The notes under the pieces: generated by a model | Database searches by the model: none | What the model saw: only the letters and a program-made list of their open reading frames with translations | What the model was told of the DNA's origin: nothing | Assembly: GCA_963761335.1 (NCBI GenBank) | Contig: CAVXGR010000012.1 | Coordinates: 192,001-256,000 of the forward strand | Reading direction: 5' to 3' | DNA: 64,000 bases | Source of the DNA: an uncultured delta proteobacterium | GTDB taxonomy: Bacteria; Desulfobacterota; Binatia; HRBIN30; BPIQ01 | Shown: in pieces, positions 30,162-39,635 of the stretch | Layout of the letters: every line of letters starts with the position of its first letter | How positions within the stretch are numbered: the stretch's first letter is position 1 | Translations under genes and position numbers: made by a program

Positions 30162-31486
30162 CCCACCCCTCCCACCGCCGCGGCGATGGCGGCCGCCGCC
30201 GCTGCCGGAGTGAGCGCCACCGCAAGCGATGCCGCCAGTGAAACGGCGGAGCGACCACACAGCCGCCCGGCCGCAATGAAGGCGGCGCCGCCGGCGAGGC
30301 CGTACACGGCCAGCATGACCGCGGCCACCCCGGTGATCCCCGATCCGGCGAGCAGCACGGCACCGCAGAGCCCGGCCGCCAGCAGCGCCGCCGCCGCATC
30401 GATTGCCATCAGGATGCCCATGCGCCGCAGAGTGATGAGCACCACCGAGGAGATCACGTGGACCGACACGAAGACCCCGGACCAGAGCAGCAGCCGCGCC
30501 GCCTCGATCCCCGGCTGGTAGGCCGGCAGGATGCGCAGCGTCGCCGCCGGCAACAGCAACCATCCCGCCGCCAGCAACAGCGGCAGCAGGCGTCCCATCT
30601 CGTGAAGGCCGCGCTCGGCGTCGGCAAAGGCCTGCAGCCGGTCGCCGCCGCGCGCGAAGCGCTCGAGCACGTTGGGGAGCAGCACGTGCGCCAGCACCGC
30701 GGGGATCGCCGCCGCCAGCTCGAAGACGATGATCGCCAGGGCGTAGTAGCCGACCTCCCGAGCGCCGAGGACGACGACGATGACGAAGCGGTCGACGGAC
30801 TGCAGCAGCTCGTACGCGAAGCCCGCCGCCGCCAGCGGCATGCCCACCGCGATCACCGCCTCCAGATCCGCCGGCCGCCAGCGCAAGCCCCAGCCAACCT
30901 TCAAGCGATACTTTAGATACAAGAAGACCGCGGCGTTGGCGGCGGCGACCGCCAGCATGAAGGCCACCAGCCCGCCCCACCAGGCGGCCAGCGGCGCCAG
31001 CGCACCGTCCAGCAGCGCCAGCGCCAGCACGGCGCCCGAGCGGGCGGTGAACAGCTTCTCGGCGTTGCAGAGCTCGAGCAAGTAGAGCAGTCCGCGAGTG
31101 CTGAGCAGCACGGCCGCCAGGGCCGCCAGTGGCCCGCGCAGCTGCCGGTCGGGAACCACGGCGGCAGCGACCAGCAGAGCGCCGCAGATGGCCAGCACCG
31201 GCAGAGCGGTGAGCGTCCAGGCGGCGGCGCGCATGTCGCCGGCGCCGCTGTCGTCACCCGCACCGCGCAGCAGCGGCACCTGCCGCCCCATGCCGCGGCG
31301 GCCGCCGAGGTCGGACCAGATGCTGTACGAGACAACGATCTGCAGCGATTTCCACAGCCCGAGCTGCCGCGGACCGAGCACTGCGGCGACCGCGATGGAG
31401 CGCGCCGCGGCCACCACCTGGGCCGTCACCGTGGCGCCGTAGAGCGAGCGCCAGTCGCGCCAGATCTGCGTCGAGACCCGCTTCAT
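30158..31486 (-). CDS. Oligosaccharide flippase (Wzx/MOP family)
   Basis: About 12 TM; VLGPRQLGLW, VDRFVI...LGAREVGYYALA. Confidence 0.85.
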   Translation of the reverse strand: MKRVSTQIWRDWRSLYGATVTAQVVAAARSIAVAAVLGPRQLGLWKSLQIVVSYSIWSDLGGRRGMGRQVPLLRGAGDDSGAGDMRAAAWTLTALPVLAICGALLVAAAVVPDRQLRGPLAALAAVLLSTRGLLYLLELCNAEKLFTARSGAVLALALLDGALAPLAAWWGGLVAFMLAVAAANAAVFLYLKYRLKVGWGLRWRPADLEAVIAVGMPLAAAGFAYELLQSVDRFVIVVVLGAREVGYYALAIIVFELAAAIPAVLAHVLLPNVLERFARGGDRLQAFADAERGLHEMGRLLPLLLAAGWLLLPAATLRILPAYQPGIEAARLLLWSGVFVSVHVISSVVLITLRRMGILMAIDAAAALLAAGLCGAVLLAGSGITGVAAVMLAVYGLAGGAAFIAAGRLCGRSAVSLAASLAVALTPAAAAAAIAAAVGGVG

Positions 31487-34422
31487 CCGGCGCTCCGAGC
31501 CAGCACCTCGGCGAGCTCATGGCGCGCTTCGGCGTCCTGGGGCCGCAGGCGCAGCACCTGCCGGTACTGTCGCGTCGCCGAACGGTGGCGCCCGCTCCTC
31601 TCGTACGAGCGGGCGAGCCACAGATGCATCTCGACGCTGTCCGGGGCGGCGCGCACGCCGTCCTCCCACACCGCCGCCGCTTCCTCGTACAGGCCGCGGC
31701 GGAAGTACTGGTGGCCGAGCTGATAGCAGAGATCGTCGTCGCCGCGGCCCAGGGCACGTGCCTGCTGATACGCGGCGGTGGCGTCCAGCCAGCGACCCAT
31801 GCGGTCGAGAGCCATGCCCTCTCCGAAGACGAGCCATGCATCTCCCGAGCCGCTGCGTCGCAGGCGCTCGAAATGAGCGCGCGCCGCCTCGAAGTCGCCG
31901 GCGTCGATCAGAACGAAGCCGGCATCGCGCTCGGTACGCTCGCGCAGGGGTCCCGGGGAGAGGAGCGGCAGCGACGCCAGGAGGTCGCCTTCGGCCTCGT
32001 CGAATTGTCGGAGACGCCACTCTTCCGTCCCGAGAGCGCGCCGGATCGTTCCGGATCGCGGCATCGCCGTGGCCATCTGCCGGAGAATGGCTGCCGATCG
32101 AGAGCTGTCGCCTGCGGGCGCCGGCGTGGAATCGGCGGCCGCTGAGTTGCGGCGCCGCAGCAGGGCGGTGGCGAAGTCGTCCGCCGCCGGCGCCCATCGA
32201 TCGCCGCCGGAGTCCGCGGTGAGCTCCGCAGCCAGGCGCGCGCTCCAGGCGCGGCGGCCGGCCTGCTCCATGGCGAGCGCCATACGCCAGAGGCCGGCGT
32301 CATCGCTTCCTCCGAGCGCCCGTACGTCGCCGTAGCTGGCGCCGGCCGCGACCAGCGAAACCACCGCTGCGGACAGCCGCTCCGGCTCCAGGGCGACGGC
32401 GCGCCGAAGCGCCTGGCGCGCCACCTCCTCGAGCGGCGCCAGGTTCTCCCCCTGCAGGCGCACCCCCCCGGCACCCTGCATCTGCCGCAGCGCCCAGTCG
32501 CCGAGAGCGAAATGGAGCTCGGCGTTGCGCGGCTCCAGATCGGCGGCGTCTCGATACAGGAGGAGGGTCAGCGCCTGCGGATCGTCGGCGACGGGGAAGC
32601 GGAGGAGCGCCGCGGGCTGGAACGGCGTGGCGCCGAACACGTCCTCGATGCCGGAAAGCCCGGCGAACAGCGACGCCAGCTGGCGCCGGTCGTCGGCGCT
32701 GCTGCGGTCCTCTGCCAGAGCCTCGAGGGTGACGGCGGTGGCGCGTACGTAGAGAGCCTGGGCCACGCGCGCCCGGCGCTCGGCGGAGTCGAGAGCCTGG
32801 CCGCTCAAATCGATTCCCGGCGCCCAGGCACGCCGCCCCGCCTCGCCGAGCAGCTGGCCGAGCCGCGCCTGGTACTCGGCGACAGCGGGCTCGAGAGCAC
32901 TGGCAGCTTCGAGACCCTCGGCTGCCGGCGACCAGTCGAGAAGGGCCGCCGACACCGGCCGGGTGCGCGACGCCAGACGGCTCGCCTGCAGAGCGGCGGT
33001 CGAATCGACGATCAGCACGACGCCGATGGCGACGGCGCCGCCGACCAGCAGGCTCGCCTGCAACGGCGATGCCGGTCGCCGCGTGGCGCGCGGCCGGCGA
33101 GCCGCGATCGCCAGCGCCGCCAGCAGAGCGCCGAGAGCGCCGACGGCGGGAATCCGCACGCCGAAGTCGAGGAGAGAGCCGACCAGCAGGGCCACCACTC
33201 CCGCCTCGGCGGCGGTGCCGAGCTGCACGGGCTCCCCTGCTTGCGCGGCGCGCGACGAGACCACGGCCCGCCACCAGCGCCCCAGCATCCAGGCGACCAG
33301 CAGCACACCGGCGGCGCCCATCTCGACGGCGAGCTGCAGCGGCTCGCTGTGCGCGTAGTCGACCAGCACCCCGGTGGGGACGGCATCGCCAACGAAGCGG
33401 CGCGTGCCTTCGAGAAAGGTGCCCAGCCCGGAGCCGAAGAGAGGGACCTGCATCGCGGCGCGCGCCGCCGAGCGCCAGAACGCCAGGCGCATGTCGCCCA
33501 GAGGATCGATCCACACCGCCGACAGGCGCGCCGCCAGACCCGAGCCTCCGGCCCAGAGCAGCGCCGCCACCAGGGCGAGCGCCGCCGCGCAGCTGGCGCT
33601 CCACAGCCGGCGGCGGCGTCCGCCGGCGGCGCGCGCCGTGAAGTAGCCGAGGCCGGCGAGACCGGCCATGAGCCCGCCGCGCGAGAAGGTGAGGCCCAGC
33701 GCCGCCGCGAGAAACGGCAGTGCGGCGACCGAGACGAGGGCCAGCCAGGAGCCGCGACGCCGCACCGAGAGCGCTCCCGCCACGCCCAGGGGGAGAAGCG
33801 CTGCCAGCCAGTCGGCGAAGTGGTTCGGGTTCACGAGAGGACCGCGGGCGCGGTCGTCGGCGATGCCCGGCAGCAGCGGGAACACGCTACCCGGCGCCAG
33901 GACGTTCCATATGCTCCCGGCGGCGATCACCGCCGCGCCGGCCAGCAGCAACGTCGCCACCGCCGCCGCCGAGCGCCGCTCGATGGAGCACAGGGCCGCG
34001 ACGAAGATCAAGGCCACCGCCACCAGCATGCGCAGCGCCTCCGCCGTGGCTCCGGAGTTGAGAGTCAGCGGCAGCCAGCCGTGCACGAGCGGCACGCGCA
34101 GCGAAACCTCCGGCGCTCCGCCCAGCGCCACCCGCAGCCACGGCGGCAGCGGTATCAGCTGGGCCACGGCAAGCGCCGCGAGCAACCAGAGCGGCAGCGC
34201 CAGGCGCAGCGCCCCCAGAGGCGCCTCGAGGTCGCGCAGCGAGGAGATCGCCATCCCCAGCGTCAGCAGTGCCGCCCCCACCGCGAGGATCTCCACGCCG
34301 GCGGGAGTGACGCCGCCGTACGGCAGCATGAGCAGCAGCACCAGGCCGAGCACGCCGTCGCGCAGATAGAGCCGCACCATTCCGCCACCGATGCGGCGCT
34401 CGTATGCCGCGGTGCGCTCCAA
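31483..34422 (-). CDS. O-antigen ligase family protein with C-terminal TPR repeats
   Basis: GPLVNPNHFA, TFSRGG, GSGLGTF, YAHSEPLQLAVEMG, then TPRs. Start may be ATG 34380. Confidence 0.85.
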   Translation of the reverse strand: MERTAAYERRIGGGMVRLYLRDGVLGLVLLLMLPYGGVTPAGVEILAVGAALLTLGMAISSLRDLEAPLGALRLALPLWLLAALAVAQLIPLPPWLRVALGGAPEVSLRVPLVHGWLPLTLNSGATAEALRMLVAVALIFVAALCSIERRSAAAVATLLLAGAAVIAAGSIWNVLAPGSVFPLLPGIADDRARGPLVNPNHFADWLAALLPLGVAGALSVRRRGSWLALVSVAALPFLAAALGLTFSRGGLMAGLAGLGYFTARAAGGRRRRLWSASCAAALALVAALLWAGGSGLAARLSAVWIDPLGDMRLAFWRSAARAAMQVPLFGSGLGTFLEGTRRFVGDAVPTGVLVDYAHSEPLQLAVEMGAAGVLLVAWMLGRWWRAVVSSRAAQAGEPVQLGTAAEAGVVALLVGSLLDFGVRIPAVGALGALLAALAIAARRPRATRRPASPLQASLLVGGAVAIGVVLIVDSTAALQASRLASRTRPVSAALLDWSPAAEGLEAASALEPAVAEYQARLGQLLGEAGRRAWAPGIDLSGQALDSAERRARVAQALYVRATAVTLEALAEDRSSADDRRQLASLFAGLSGIEDVFGATPFQPAALLRFPVADDPQALTLLLYRDAADLEPRNAELHFALGDWALRQMQGAGGVRLQGENLAPLEEVARQALRRAVALEPERLSAAVVSLVAAGASYGDVRALGGSDDAGLWRMALAMEQAGRRAWSARLAAELTADSGGDRWAPAADDFATALLRRRNSAAADSTPAPAGDSSRSAAILRQMATAMPRSGTIRRALGTEEWRLRQFDEAEGDLLASLPLLSPGPLRERTERDAGFVLIDAGDFEAARAHFERLRRSGSGDAWLVFGEGMALDRMGRWLDATAAYQQARALGRGDDDLCYQLGHQYFRRGLYEEAAAVWEDGVRAAPDSVEMHLWLARSYERSGRHRSATRQYRQVLRLRPQDAEARHELAEVLARSAG

Positions 34423-34429
34423 GGCCTTC

Positions 34430-35347
34430 TCAGTAGTAGGAGTAGCGATAGTGCCCGTGATAGGCGGCGCCGGTGCCGCTCTCGACGCCGTTCAACACCG
34501 CCCCGAGCAGCTTGGCGTCCACTGCCGCCAGCTCGGCGTGCGCCTGCTGGATGGCGTCGCGCGGGTACTGGCCGACGCGGACGACCAGCAGGACGCCGTC
34601 CACCTGCGCCGCCAGCACCGTGGGATCGGCGACCGAGAGCACCGGCGGCGTGTCGTAGACGATCAGGTCGAACTCCTCGGCCAGCGATTCCATCAACGGC
34701 CGCAAGCTGTTGCCACAGAGCACTTCGGCAGCCGCGCTGGGCTCGCCGCCCGCCGGCAGCAGCTTCAGGTTGGCGATCGGCGTCGCCGCCAGGAACGGCT
34801 CCGCCGCACCGCGGCGGAGGCCGGCCTCCCCCATCTGCAGCAAGGTCGCCAGGCCGCGCTCGGCCGGGGCGCCGAAGATGGCGTGCAGCCGCGGCCGATG
34901 CAGGTCCGCGTCGACCAGCAGGACCCGATGGCCGGCGCGCGCTACCGCCGCGGCGGTGTTTGCCGCCACCGTCGTCTTTCCCTCGCCAGGCCCGGTGCTG
35001 GTGATCTGTAGGTGGCGCAGGTTGCCGTCGCGCACCGCCAGCAGCAGCTGCGTGCGCAGGCTGCGAAAGGCCTCGCCGGCCGCCGAGCGGGCGTGGTCGC
35101 CGACCAGCACGACGGGCGGCGTCGCCGACTCCGCCGGCGGCAGGGCCGCCGGCATGCGTCGCGCCTGCGGCGGCGCCGGCGGCGCCGCGCTCAGCACCCC
35201 CGAGGTAGTCGCCAGGCGCCGCTGCCGCAGACTGGTGAGCGACAGCACGATGACGCTGGCCAGCGCCCCGGCGAGCAGAGCCGCGGTGAGCGCCGCCGAC
35301 GGCAGCGTCCCAACCACCCCCAACAGATCCGTGATCGCCTTTTCCAT
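34430..35347 (-). CDS. Bacterial tyrosine kinase (CpsD/CapB; Wzc kinase domain)
   Basis: EAFRSLRT, Walker A PGEGKTT, VDADLHRP, YDTPP, C-terminal Tyr cluster YHGHYRYSYY. Confidence 0.93.
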   Translation of the reverse strand: MEKAITDLLGVVGTLPSAALTAALLAGALASVIVLSLTSLRQRRLATTSGVLSAAPPAPPQARRMPAALPPAESATPPVVLVGDHARSAAGEAFRSLRTQLLLAVRDGNLRHLQITSTGPGEGKTTVAANTAAAVARAGHRVLLVDADLHRPRLHAIFGAPAERGLATLLQMGEAGLRRGAAEPFLAATPIANLKLLPAGGEPSAAAEVLCGNSLRPLMESLAEEFDLIVYDTPPVLSVADPTVLAAQVDGVLLVVRVGQYPRDAIQQAHAELAAVDAKLLGAVLNGVESGTGAAYHGHYRYSYY

Positions 35348-35374
35348 GTGCTCCTCGCGACCGGCGCGAACGCC

Positions 35375-36766
35375 TCAGCCGCGCTCCCCGCGCAGCCCCG
35401 CCGTCAGCGGAATCATGGCGACGACCTTGAGGCCGGTGAGGGCGACGACGTCGTCGGCGTTGCGCACGGTGTTGTCCATGTACTCGGCAAAGAACGCGAA
35501 GGCCCCGCCGAGAAGGAGGCTGAGCAGCAGGCCGACGGCCAGGTTCAACGGCTTGTTCGGCTTCGCCGGCGCCAGCGGCACGGTCGCCTCCTCGACGACG
35601 CGCACGTTGCTCGCCGGGAGCCCTCCTTCCAGCGAGGTTTCCTTCACTCGCTTGAGGAGCAGGTTGTAGAGCTCCTGCGTGGTGTCGGCCTCGCGCTTGA
35701 GAACGCCGTAGTCGATCTGCTTCTTCGCCAGACCCTGCACCTCTCCCTTATACTGGTTGACGGCCGCGAGCATGGCGTCCTCGCGGGCCCGCAGCGAGCT
35801 GTACTCGGTCTCCGTGGAGCGCACGATGCGCGACACCTCGGCGCCGATCTCGGAATTGATCTTGTCGATCTGCGAGCGCACCTTGAGCACCTGCGGGTGC
35901 TTGTCGGTGTAGGTCTGCTTCAGCTCCGAAAGGCGCACCTGCAGGGCGATCATATCGCCGCGCAGCTTCTGGATGAGGGTGTTCTGCACGATCACCGGGG
36001 CCGCCTCGAGCTGACTGCGGTCCTGCAAGGCACGGCGCAGCTCGACGAGCTGGGCCTCCAGCTCCAGGCGCCGCGCCTTGGCGGCGATGTACTCGGAGTT
36101 GAACTCCTCGAGCTTCTTGACGGTGATGTCCTCCTTCTCCTCCACCGCGATCAGCCCCGCCTTCTCCTTGTATCGCTGCAGCGCCACCTCGGCGTCCTGC
36201 GCCTTGGACTTCACTTCGACCAGGTTGTCGCTGAGCCAGCTCACCGCCTGCCGCGCCATGTCGCGCCGTGAGGCGATGGTCTCCTCGACGTACAGCGAGG
36301 CGAAGAGGTTCGCCGTCTGCGCCGCCATCTGCGGGTCGCGGTCCTCGACGGAGATGCCCACCAGACGGCTGTTGCGGACCGGCTCGATGGTGACGCCGCG
36401 CAGAAACGCCGCCACCGGATCGGTCGCCTTGGCCAGCTCCGGGCGCCTCGCGGGCAGGCCGAGCTGGGCCATCACCTTCTCCACCAGCGGGCGGCTGCGC
36501 ATGATCTCGTACTGCGTCTGGTAGTAGTCCTGAGTCGCGTTGAGCGGCGCCACCTCCTGAAAGGAGACGACGCGCGGCGCCTCGTGCTCGATCAGCACCT
36601 TGGCCGTGGCCTGGTATTTCGGCGTTTGCAGAAAGGTGCCGACGGCGACCGTGCCGCATACGCCGATCACGGCGGTGGCGAAGATCCAGCGGCGCCGCCA
36701 CAGGACCGCGAGATAATCGCGGAGGTGTCGGCTCACGGCGGAGGAGCTCAGCTCGGTCAAGTTCAT
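35375..36766 (-). CDS. Polysaccharide co-polymerase (GumC/Wzc membrane-periplasmic part)
   Basis: DYLAVLWRRRW, TM, QTPKYQATA, coiled coil, KHPQV, PAKPNK, TM, DNTVRN. ATG 36766. Confidence 0.92.
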   Translation of the reverse strand: MNLTELSSSAVSRHLRDYLAVLWRRRWIFATAVIGVCGTVAVGTFLQTPKYQATAKVLIEHEAPRVVSFQEVAPLNATQDYYQTQYEIMRSRPLVEKVMAQLGLPARRPELAKATDPVAAFLRGVTIEPVRNSRLVGISVEDRDPQMAAQTANLFASLYVEETIASRRDMARQAVSWLSDNLVEVKSKAQDAEVALQRYKEKAGLIAVEEKEDITVKKLEEFNSEYIAAKARRLELEAQLVELRRALQDRSQLEAAPVIVQNTLIQKLRGDMIALQVRLSELKQTYTDKHPQVLKVRSQIDKINSEIGAEVSRIVRSTETEYSSLRAREDAMLAAVNQYKGEVQGLAKKQIDYGVLKREADTTQELYNLLLKRVKETSLEGGLPASNVRVVEEATVPLAPAKPNKPLNLAVGLLLSLLLGGAFAFFAEYMDNTVRNADDVVALTGLKVVAMIPLTAGLRGERG

Positions 36767-36797
36767 CTCGTCCCTCGAAAAGGTCTCTGGCGCTTTC

Positions 36798-37421
36798 TCA
36801 GAAGAAGCTCTCGGGCACCACGACCTTGTCGTTGGGCTCGAGAACGATGTCGCGGCTCTGGTCGCCGTCCATGATGTCGCCGACCGGAACCTCAATGGTG
36901 GTCTCCTTGCCGCCGCTGTTGCGGATCACGCGGGTGCGGTTCGGCGCCGCCTTGTCGGTGAGCCCGCCGGCGATGCTCACCGCCTCGAGCACGGTCGTGC
37001 GCTTCTCCAGCGGAAATGATCCGGGCTTGTTCACCTGGCCGAGAACCGAAAAGCGCTGCCGAAACTGCTGCATCGAAACGCTCACCTGCGGATTCACCAG
37101 GTACTCGGCAAAGCGCCGGCGCAGGTCCGTCTCCAGCTGCGTCGCCGTGCGCCCGGCGGCGTCGACGCGGCCGATCAGGGGCAGCGTGAGGTCGCCCTCG
37201 GCGGCAACGGTGTACTCGCGCGACAGATCCGCCTGCCCGTATACGTTGATCTGCACGTGATCGCCGGGGCCGATGAGATAGGTGGTGCGCACCGGCGCCG
37301 CTGCGGCTTCAGTCGCCGGCGCCGGGGCAGAGGCGGCGCAGCCGCCGGCGCCCAACGACATCAGCATCGCCAGGGTCACCAGCATGCAGCGCCCTCGCCA
37401 GGCAGTGCCGCTCGCCTTCAT
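36798..37421 (-). CDS. Polysaccharide export lipoprotein (Wza/OPX family)
   Basis: Lipoprotein-like signal; YLIGPGD, LPLIG, YLVNPQVSV, SLBB domain VLGQVNKPG. Confidence 0.92.
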   Translation of the reverse strand: MKASGTAWRGRCMLVTLAMLMSLGAGGCAASAPAPATEAAAAPVRTTYLIGPGDHVQINVYGQADLSREYTVAAEGDLTLPLIGRVDAAGRTATQLETDLRRRFAEYLVNPQVSVSMQQFRQRFSVLGQVNKPGSFPLEKRTTVLEAVSIAGGLTDKAAPNRTRVIRNSGGKETTIEVPVGDIMDGDQSRDIVLEPNDKVVVPESFF

Positions 37422-37442
37422 TGCGCGCTCTCTTCCTTCATC

Positions 37443-37476
37443 TCATCCACGATCATCCGTTCATCCACGATCATCC
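37443..37476. repeat. Tandem duplication TCATCCACGATCATCC x2 (four TCATCC units)
   Basis: Copies at 37443-37458 and 37461-37476, directly upstream of the wza start. Confidence 0.8.
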
Positions 37477-38511
37477 ACCGACGTGCAGGCCTCGCAGCAG
37501 CGGCCCGATGCCGCTCGCCTGAAGCAGCTGCCGCTGCATCCGGCGCAGCGCCGGCGAGATCCCGCAGAGGCGGGCGGCAATTCCGCCGTCCGCCGTCGCC
37601 GCGTCGATGCCGAGGCGCGGCAGGCTGTAGGGCGACTGCCGGCGCCACGCATACAATCCCGACTCGGCCGTGGTCGCCCCGGTGACGAAGCCCGCCTCGG
37701 CGCACAGGGCAAACTCTCGCCGCCCCGCCGCCGCCGCGGTACCGAAGGGATAGGCGAAGTGCACCACCGGGCGGCCGATCTCCTTCTCCAGAGCGCGGCG
37801 GCTGCCGGTGATCTCGGCGGCGGCCTCGGCGGCGGGAAGAGCGCTGAGCCACGGATGGCTGACGGTGTGTGCGCCGACCTCCACGTTGGCGCACGCCGCC
37901 AGCTGCTGCAGCAACGCGGGAGTCATCGCCGCCGCCGCCGAGATCCCCGCGAAGTCCGTGCCGCAGCGCCCCTCGAGCTCCCGGATGAGCGCCTCCCGCC
38001 GGCGCCGGTCGCTGTGGCCGAGCAGCGCCTCGATGCCCCGATAGGCGCGCCGTTTCTCCGCCGTCGAGCAGCTTCGCCAGCGCCGCTCGCCGCGTCCGTC
38101 GTCGAGGCAGATCTCGTCGGCGACGGCGATCGCCCGTGCGAGGCCGAGCCACCACATCACCGCCGTTCCGAAGACGAAGCCGCTGGCGGCGAAGACCGTG
38201 AGTGGCACCCCCAGCTCGGCGCAGAGCGGCTGGGCCGTCTCGACGGTGTCGCGATAGCCGTCGTCGAAGGTGAGACAGACGAACTTGCCGGCGCTGCCGA
38301 GACCGCGGCGCCGCCGCCTCTCCGCCTCCCCCAGGGAGACGATGTCGCACCCGGCGTCGCGCACGCCTCGCACCAGCCGGCGAAAGGCCGCGGGGGTGAT
38401 CGAGAGAGCGCGGGTCGGGCAGAAGCCGCCGCTCGGCGCCTCCGGCAGAAGGCGGTGAAAGGTCAGGATGACGCCGCCGGCGGCGCCGATGTCCCAGGCC
38501 GCGGCGTTCAC
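37471..38511 (-). CDS. Polysaccharide deacetylase (CE4/NodB-like)
   Basis: LTFHR, LTFDDGYRD, GAHTVSHP, HFAYPFG. GTG 38511 overlaps the upstream stop. Confidence 0.92.
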   Translation of the reverse strand: MNAAAWDIGAAGGVILTFHRLLPEAPSGGFCPTRALSITPAAFRRLVRGVRDAGCDIVSLGEAERRRRRGLGSAGKFVCLTFDDGYRDTVETAQPLCAELGVPLTVFAASGFVFGTAVMWWLGLARAIAVADEICLDDGRGERRWRSCSTAEKRRAYRGIEALLGHSDRRRREALIRELEGRCGTDFAGISAAAAMTPALLQQLAACANVEVGAHTVSHPWLSALPAAEAAAEITGSRRALEKEIGRPVVHFAYPFGTAAAAGRREFALCAEAGFVTGATTAESGLYAWRRQSPYSLPRLGIDAATADGGIAARLCGISPALRRMQRQLLQASGIGPLLRGLHVGG

Positions 38512-39635
38512 GCCGCCCTCCGCATCCGCCGCACGAGCCGCAGCCCGCCGGTGACCAACGGCGCCCCCTGCAGGGCGCGACTGCCACTCACCCGCGCGGC
38601 GTAGAGCCGCCCGCGCCAGCTGCACGCCTGCACCAGATCAAAGAGGGCGAGGTGCTGGTTGCACCACTCCGCCTTGTAGGGCTCGTCGCCGCCAGTGAAG
38701 TCGAAGCATTCCAGACCCTGCTCCACACACCAGCGCAGCAGCTCCTGCATGAGCAGCCGCCCGGGTGCATATCGCCGGGCGGCGCCGTCCGTGTAGGACG
38801 GCATCAGCCAGTAGAAACGGCCGCGGTGCACGAGTCCGCAGTGGGCCGCGAGCAGCTCGCCGCCGACCTCGAGAGCGGCGGCGTGCAACGCCGCGCCGGG
38901 ATCGCCGGCGAGTCGCCGGTAGAAGTCCGCCACGCCCGGCATGGCGAAGACGTCGGCGGCGCCGGTCTCGCGATAGCGCCGGCGCTTCTGGGCCATCATC
39001 GTCTCGACGATCGCCCGCGCCTCCTGCGGCGAGCGCGCCAGCCGCAGCCGAAGCTCGCCGCGCTCCTCCAGGCGCCGTCGCTTGCGCCGGTCGCTGGCCC
39101 GCCGCCGGCGGCCCACCCGCTTCTCGTACAGCTCCGGCCACGCCCCGTCCAGGCGAGCGGCATGCGCCGTCCCGCCACCTCGCGCGCCGGGCTGATCGAC
39201 GAACGGGTTGCGGCGTCCGGCGATGGTCTCCGGCTGCCTTTCGAAATGGATCACGTCGCAGTCGGGGGCGTGCTCCATCACCCCGATCCAGAGCTGGCGC
39301 AGGAGCGCCGCGTCCGCGGCGGCCGGCCAGCGCGCCCCGAGCAGCGGCGCCTGGTAATCGCTCAGCACACCGCCGAGCCAGACGAGACGGGTGACCCAGC
39401 CGAGCGACTGACGACCGAGGGGCAGCAGCAAGAGCGGCTCGCCGTCTCCGGCATCGACGCAGATGAGGACGGGCTCGATGCCGGCGGCACGGCCCACGGT
39501 CTCGCACCACGCCGCCAGCCAATCGAAGGTCTGGAAGACGTAGAGGTCGCCCGCTTCCTCGATGCGCCGCCACGCCGGCTCGGCCTGGGCGAAGGAGGCG
39601 AGCCTGCTGATCCGCAGCAAGTCCCGCCCCCTCAC
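38508..39635 (-). CDS. CelD/BcsL-type GNAT acetyltransferase
   Basis: FQTFDW, SDYQAPL, YAPGRLL, FDFTGGDEPYKAEW. Confidence 0.88.
   Translation of the reverse strand: MRGRDLLRISRLASFAQAEPAWRRIEEAGDLYVFQTFDWLAAWCETVGRAAGIEPVLICVDAGDGEPLLLLPLGRQSLGWVTRLVWLGGVLSDYQAPLLGARWPAAADAALLRQLWIGVMEHAPDCDVIHFERQPETIAGRRNPFVDQPGARGGGTAHAARLDGAWPELYEKRVGRRRRASDRRKRRRLEERGELRLRLARSPQEARAIVETMMAQKRRRYRETGAADVFAMPGVADFYRRLAGDPGAALHAAALEVGGELLAAHCGLVHRGRFYWLMPSYTDGAARRYAPGRLLMQELLRWCVEQGLECFDFTGGDEPYKAEWCNQHLALFDLVQACSWRGRLYAARVSGSRALQGAPLVTGGLRLVRRMRRAA

Noticed and set aside
27576..30980. 1134-aa ORF as a single protein
   Set aside because: It is a composite of a flippase shadow frame, the GT2 gene, an off-frame stretch and the kinase; separate overlapping starts exist at 30161 and 28580.
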